Of a stretch of 64,000 nt of DNA, positions 59,554 to 64,000 are shown piece after piece (the stretch's first letter is position 1; every line of letters begins with the position of its first letter). The position numbers and the translations under genes are program-made. The notes beneath the pieces were generated by a model that did no database searches, was not told the origin of the DNA, and saw only the letters and a list, made by a program, of their open reading frames with translations. The DNA comes from Planctomycetota bacterium. GTDB taxonomy: Bacteria > Planctomycetota > SZUA-567 > H5-PLA8. The stretch covers positions 17,690-81,689 of the forward strand of contig BTVV01000014.1 in the NCBI GenBank assembly GCA_045863855.1. Reading direction: 5' to 3'.

Positions 59554-60810
59554 ATGCGGACGAAGCGTTGGTGGTTGTTGGCGATGTGGCTGGTGGGTAT
59601 TAGCTCGCTGGCGGCGGCCGAATCCGATCCGAACCTCAACCCACCCCGACTGGTCGTCCACGAGTGGGGTACCTTCACCACGATGCAGGGCTCCGACGGG
59701 GTGACCCTGGAAGGTTTGCACCACGACGAAGAGCAACTCCCGCGCTTCGTTTATTCGCGCGATCTGCTCAACCCCGAGGAAGTCGCCATGCGGGAATCTG
59801 CCTTCAACAAGATGGAGACGCCGGTCACCTACTTCTATCCGTCCCAGCCTATGCGCGTGCGGGTGCGCGTTCGGTTTCCCGCGGGCATTTTGACTCAGTG
59901 GTACCCTAACGTGCGGCATTTCGTTCCGGAGCTGGCGGAAGACGGCGGGCCGAAGTTAGAGCTGAAAAACGGGGTGCTGGACTGGGGCGAGGTGAACTTA
60001 CTGGCTGGAGGCGTGGAAGCGGAGTCGCTCTTACCTCCCGTGGGCGCCGACGATCCCTGGGTTTACGCGCGCCAGACCGACGCGGCGCTGGTGCAGGTGA
60101 ACGATTGGCAGCCTTCGCGCGGGTATTCGAAGCAAACCGAGAAGTATTTGTTTTACCGCGGCTTGGGTCGCTGCGAGATGCCCCTGCGCGCGATAACGCG
60201 CAAAGGGGGTGCCTTGGAGCTTCGTAACACCAGCTCGAATGCGCTGCGGCATGTATTCGTGCTGCGCGTGGAAGACGGGCTCGGCACGTTTCAGTATGTA
60301 TCCGAACTGGCCGGAGGAGCGCAGCTCGAACGCAGCATCCCCATGCCTGCGGACGCGCCCGATCTGCCGATTCATGCGGCGCGCTTGCGCGAAAAATTGG
60401 AAGAAGCATTGACCGCGTGCGGCTTGTATCCCAAGGAAGCGCGCGCGATGGCGCTGACGTGGAACCGCAGCTACTTCCACACGCCGGGTCTGCGCGTGCT
60501 GTACGTGCTGCCCGATGAGCTTACCCGCGCGATACTGCCGCTCGAAGTCGAGCCGGCGCCGCAGGAGACCGTGCGCGTTATGGTCGCGCGCCTGGAATGC
60601 CTAACGCCCGAACAGGAGGACCGCGTCGCGGATGCGGTCCCGCAGCTCGATGCGCCGGACTTCGAACGACGCGACGCCGCGAACCGGACGCTGCGCGAAC
60701 TGGGGCGCTATGCCGAGCCCAACTTGCGGCGCGTGTTATCCAAGGCCGAAGCTCCCGAACTGCGCGCACGCGTACAGCGTCTGCTGCAGCGTTTCGAACC
60801 GCTCAAATGA
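59554..60810 (+). CDS. Secreted hypothetical protein with C-terminal HEAT-like helices
   Basis: Signal peptide, LVVHEWGTFT, KMETPVTYFY, EKYLFYRG, GLYPKEARAM, RVMVARLE, LDAPDFERRDAA. Confidence 0.8.
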   Translation: MRTKRWWLLAMWLVGISSLAAAESDPNLNPPRLVVHEWGTFTTMQGSDGVTLEGLHHDEEQLPRFVYSRDLLNPEEVAMRESAFNKMETPVTYFYPSQPMRVRVRVRFPAGILTQWYPNVRHFVPELAEDGGPKLELKNGVLDWGEVNLLAGGVEAESLLPPVGADDPWVYARQTDAALVQVNDWQPSRGYSKQTEKYLFYRGLGRCEMPLRAITRKGGALELRNTSSNALRHVFVLRVEDGLGTFQYVSELAGGAQLERSIPMPADAPDLPIHAARLREKLEEALTACGLYPKEARAMALTWNRSYFHTPGLRVLYVLPDELTRAILPLEVEPAPQETVRVMVARLECLTPEQEDRVADAVPQLDAPDFERRDAANRTLRELGRYAEPNLRRVLSKAEAPELRARVQRLLQRFEPLK

Positions 60811-60888
60811 GCCCGTGCGTATGCCGCCGGCCTCACGTCCGCTCCTCGAAGAACGGGCCCGTGGCCGGAGGCACACGCAAGCTGCGGA

Positions 60889-61086
60889 TCAAAGCCTGCG
60901 CCGTGCGCGGCCCAGGGTCACGACTTGCTGGCAGCGCTCACAGGCCCACTTGCCCGTATCCCCAAACGCGCGCAAGACGCCGCTGCAATGCGGACAGTGA
61001 TTCTGGAGCATGCGCGAACCGCGCATGGGCCGGTGCGGCGATGGGAGCCGCCTGGAACTGGGTCTCTCCTGCGATAGCCGGTGCAT
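60889..61086 (-). CDS. Small zinc-ribbon protein (65 aa)
   Basis: Start MHRLSQ at 61086 with AGGAG/GGGA RBS; CPHC-x14-CERC motif; basic termini. Confidence 0.6.
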   Translation of the reverse strand: MHRLSQERPSSRRLPSPHRPMRGSRMLQNHCPHCSGVLRAFGDTGKWACERCQQVVTLGRARRRL

Positions 61087-61136
61087 AGTTCGTTCCCTTC
61101 TCCTGGTTCCTTGCTCCTTGCCGCGCACGAGCCCCG

Positions 61137-61174
61137 AAAACAAGCGGGGCCGGAGGTTTATGGCCTCCGGCCCC
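61137..61174 (-). terminator. Intrinsic terminator in the leader of the zinc-ribbon gene (attenuator)
   Basis: Minus strand GGGGCCGGAGG-CCATAAA-CCTCCGGCCCC then GCTTGTTTT. Confidence 0.7.
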
Positions 61175-61202
61175 TGAATTTCGTGCGTGGCGAATGAGGG
61201 GA

Positions 61203-61328
61203 TCAGGCCGGAGGCGGTCGGTCGAGCCAGGCGCGCATAAACGCCGGCGCACCGATTTCGGTGCGGCCAGCGTCCGGTCGAGCCCAGACTTGCCGTTTTG
61301 CGATCGAGTAGTGGACCTTCGAATGCAT
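61203..61328 (-). CDS. Putative 41-aa leader peptide ending RPPPA
   Basis: Manual translation MHSKVHYSIAKRQVWARPDAGRTEIGAPAFMRAWLDRPPPA; GGAG RBS 8 nt upstream; last codons complementary to the terminator arm. Confidence 0.55.
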   Translation of the reverse strand: MHSKVHYSIAKRQVWARPDAGRTEIGAPAFMRAWLDRPPPA

Positions 61329-61474
61329 CGCATCCGCTCCAAAACCAACATCAACATCGCAACTAACCCCATGAAGCCCCTCCGTGTCAAATCGTCCTTG
61401 TATGGGGCGATTTCCTCTGCTTGGGGGAAATCCTCCGCGATGCCATAATGCGCGCGGCTCCGGGAGATCGTGGT

Positions 61475-62896
61475 GTGTCGAAGAAGCATGGGATTTGGCT
61501 GGCGAGTCTGCTCTGTTTCGCGTTGGCCGCGCAGGAACCCCGGCCCGAGCCCGAGGCGGATCCGGGCGATGAAGCCGCGCCCGATCCGGATGCGCTGATC
61601 CCCGGCGCGGTGCACGAACGCGTGGCCGTGAAGCTCGATGCTAGCCAGACGTACGCGCTTTATCTGCCCAGCTATTTCACGCCCGATCAGACGTGGCCGA
61701 TCTTGTATTGTTTTTCGCCGGGCGCGCAGGGGAGCACGCCGGTCAACCTGTATCGCGCGGCAGCCGAACGCTTCGGCTGGATCGTCGTCGGGAGCAACAA
61801 CGCGCGAAACGGTCCGATGGAGCCCGTGCAAACCGCGATCGATGCGCTTTGGAAGGATACTTGGGCGCGCTTTCCTATCGATCCGAAGCGTCTTTACGCC
61901 ACGGGTTTCAGCGGCGGCGCGCGGATGGCGTGGGCGATGGTGCTGACGCGCGATAAGCCCTTCGCCGGGTGGCTGCCTTGCGGCGCGGGGTATGCCGCGG
62001 AGATGCCGCCGCGCGAGGGCCTGACCTTCGCCGTCTGCGGGCTGGCTGGCCGCCAGGATTTCAACTACGACGAACTGAATCGCGTGGAGCGCCAGCTAGC
62101 CGGCATGGGACTGCGCACGCGGGTTCTGGAGTTCGACGGCGGGCACGATTGGCCGCCTGCTTCGCACGCGACGCAAGCGGTGCGATACATGGATCTGCTG
62201 GCGCGGGTGCGCGCCGGAGAGTCCGGCGGCGCGGCGGCGCAGGACCTGCTTCAAGAAGAGCTGGCCGATGCGAAGGCTATGCTCGAGGACGCGCACGGGA
62301 TGCTGGCGGCGCACACACGGATCGCCGAACTGATTGAGTTGAGCGCAGGCACTCCAATTCAAGCGGAAGCCCGGGCGGCGCTGGCCGCGTTGGATGCGCA
62401 ACCGGGCTTTAAGAAGGAGCAGCTTGCCGCGGCACGTATGGCCGAACTACGTGGAGAACTCGACACGCTTACCGATCCGGCCGCGCGTTTCGAGCGCGCG
62501 CTCGAGCTGTACCGTCTGTTCCTGAAGGATCATCCCGGAACGGCCACGGCGCAGCGCGTGCGGGAGTCACTCGACGGACTGCCCGAGAAAATGGCTTTCG
62601 CCGCGCGGCTCTTGATGCGCCGGAAGGATTACGTGCGGGCCGAAGAGATTCTGCAGCGCGCACTGAGCGTGCTGCAGGATCCCACTTTGGCGTATGCGCT
62701 GGCCTGCGCGCAGGCACGCGTGGGCAAAAAGGAAGCCGCGCTGGCGAGCCTTGACCGCGCGGTGAAACTCGGCTTCGGCGACGGCGCGCACCTCCAGGCC
62801 GACGAAGATCTCGCGGCGCTGCGCGGCGAAGCGGCGTACCAGAAGCTGGTTCGCGAGCTGGCCTCTCGCGCGCCGGTTCCGGCTCCCAAGCCCTGA
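61475..62896 (+). CDS. Secreted esterase-like alpha/beta hydrolase with C-terminal TPR
   Basis: Signal peptide, YALYLPS, YATGFSGGAR, FDGGHDWP, YALACAQAR...AVKLGF...DEDL. Start uncertain (GTG 61475). Confidence 0.82.
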   Translation: MSKKHGIWLASLLCFALAAQEPRPEPEADPGDEAAPDPDALIPGAVHERVAVKLDASQTYALYLPSYFTPDQTWPILYCFSPGAQGSTPVNLYRAAAERFGWIVVGSNNARNGPMEPVQTAIDALWKDTWARFPIDPKRLYATGFSGGARMAWAMVLTRDKPFAGWLPCGAGYAAEMPPREGLTFAVCGLAGRQDFNYDELNRVERQLAGMGLRTRVLEFDGGHDWPPASHATQAVRYMDLLARVRAGESGGAAAQDLLQEELADAKAMLEDAHGMLAAHTRIAELIELSAGTPIQAEARAALAALDAQPGFKKEQLAAARMAELRGELDTLTDPAARFERALELYRLFLKDHPGTATAQRVRESLDGLPEKMAFAARLLMRRKDYVRAEEILQRALSVLQDPTLAYALACAQARVGKKEAALASLDRAVKLGFGDGAHLQADEDLAALRGEAAYQKLVRELASRAPVPAPKP

Positions 62897-62965
62897 GCGT
62901 TTCCGGGTGAATCGAACCGGTGCTTGTGCTAAATTGAGCCAACGAGTGGAGGCTGGAGCGCGATC

Positions 62966-63757
62966 ATGGATATCGCTCGCCTGTTGAAGGATTGGCCACT
63001 GGGCGAAGGGAGCAACGTCCGCCGCATCGTCGGCGAGGACGGCAGCGAGAAGATCCAGATTCGCGTTTGCATCGACAGCTTCAACGGCATCCTTCAGTTC
63101 GAGTGCGACGGACGCCCCGACGGCGAGAAGCCGCAGGGCGAATCCTTCTACTTCGATTACCTCGAAAAGAAGCTTTCGCAGCATCTGCATGGCGGAAATA
63201 TCGCGAAGGATTTTCGCGTCACGCACACGCAGTGCGAACGGTTGTTCGACGAGAGCGGGCAGGTTTACCACCGTTACGTGATTCTCCTGCAGCTCGGCGA
63301 TTTCGAGCGCGTGATGCGCGACACCGACCGCAACATGCGGCTTTTCCGCTTCGTGAATACTTACGCGGTGCGGCAAGCCGACCGCGAGCATCTCGAGTGC
63401 TGGTGGCCGTACATTCTGCGCATTCACTTCACGGCCAAGGCCATGGAAGAGCTGCGCACAGGAAGCATCGAGAAGGCGATGGAGGCTGTGCAGACTTGCT
63501 CCCAGCGGCTGGATGAACTCGCACCGCAGGAGAACGAGACGTTTCAGCACGAGATGAAGCGCAGTCGCGAAGCGCTGGAAGAGTTGGACGGCGAATTGCG
63601 CAAACGCAAGCCGCTGAGCGAAATCGAGAAACTCCAGCGCGCGTTGCAGCGCGCCGTCGAGGACGAGCGTTACGAGGATGCTGCTCGGCTACGCGACAAG
63701 ATCGCCCGGTTCCAGACGAAGAAGTTTCCCGCCGGTGGCGACGACGACGACGCTTAA
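62966..63757 (+). CDS. UvrB/UvrC-motif domain protein
   Basis: DG.EKIQIR, DGRPDG..P, YHRY, RDTDRN; C-terminal LQRAVEDERYEDAARLRDKI UVR motif. Confidence 0.88.
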   Translation: MDIARLLKDWPLGEGSNVRRIVGEDGSEKIQIRVCIDSFNGILQFECDGRPDGEKPQGESFYFDYLEKKLSQHLHGGNIAKDFRVTHTQCERLFDESGQVYHRYVILLQLGDFERVMRDTDRNMRLFRFVNTYAVRQADREHLECWWPYILRIHFTAKAMEELRTGSIEKAMEAVQTCSQRLDELAPQENETFQHEMKRSREALEELDGELRKRKPLSEIEKLQRALQRAVEDERYEDAARLRDKIARFQTKKFPAGGDDDDA

Positions 63758-63957
63758 CCCGCGCGCGACTCGAATTTGGCATCGAAGAGCTTCGGCAATT
63801 GAGCGTCCCCTCAAAGCCTGCCACGCCGCGAAGTGCCCTTGCGGGTGGGGCAAGTCATGCCGTATCCTGACGCCAGATCAGGAATCGTGAAACGTGGCCG
63901 ATCCGGGCCGGTAGCGGCCGGGACGACGAATTGGATTTGATTCTAAAGGAGAGCTTC

Positions 63958-64000
63958 ATGTCGGATGATCGCGAGCAGGGCTTGAATCGGCGTGATTTTC
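63958..64000 (+). CDS. Start of a Tat-exported protein (truncated by window end)
   Basis: AAGGAG RBS then MSDDREQGLNRRDF, a twin-arginine motif. Confidence 0.65.
   Translation, partial: MSDDREQGLNRRDF

Overview
High-GC bacterial chromosomal window, probably from a planctomycete-like lineage (inferred from lineage-typical proteins, not from a marker gene). No rRNA, tRNA, CRISPR array or transposase was seen. Housekeeping genes: cbiX/sirB (partial), frr (apparently frameshifted), recG, rlmL-like, clpB, rsgA and lysS. Catabolic and regulatory clusters: IclR-PhyH-CE7 esterase; LacI-Gfo/Idh/MocA-sugar isomerase; XRE-cupin-BKACE-3-hydroxyacyl dehydrogenase. Also present are a PilHIG/Xap-like ABC trio, a divergent OprO/P porin-PhoX pair, a SulP-STAS-cNMP transporter and many secreted hypotheticals. 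Most notable: (1) a two-gene redox module in which a NuoE-NuoF fusion partners a NuoG-type Fe-S protein whose catalytic domain is replaced by two intact cyclic-nucleotide-binding domains and a 4x[4Fe-4S] ferredoxin, a candidate cNMP-regulated NAD(H) electron relay; (2) a lysyl-tRNA synthetase fused to the N-terminal tRNA-binding arm of PheRS-alpha and carrying a large insertion; (3) a PhyH-type Fe/2OG enzyme with the HxG signature of halogenases; (4) two unannotated leader-peptide/attenuator-like elements; (5) a tandem pair of Trp-rich paralogs behind an operator-overlapped promoter. All family assignments come from motif recognition by eye; no database search was run.
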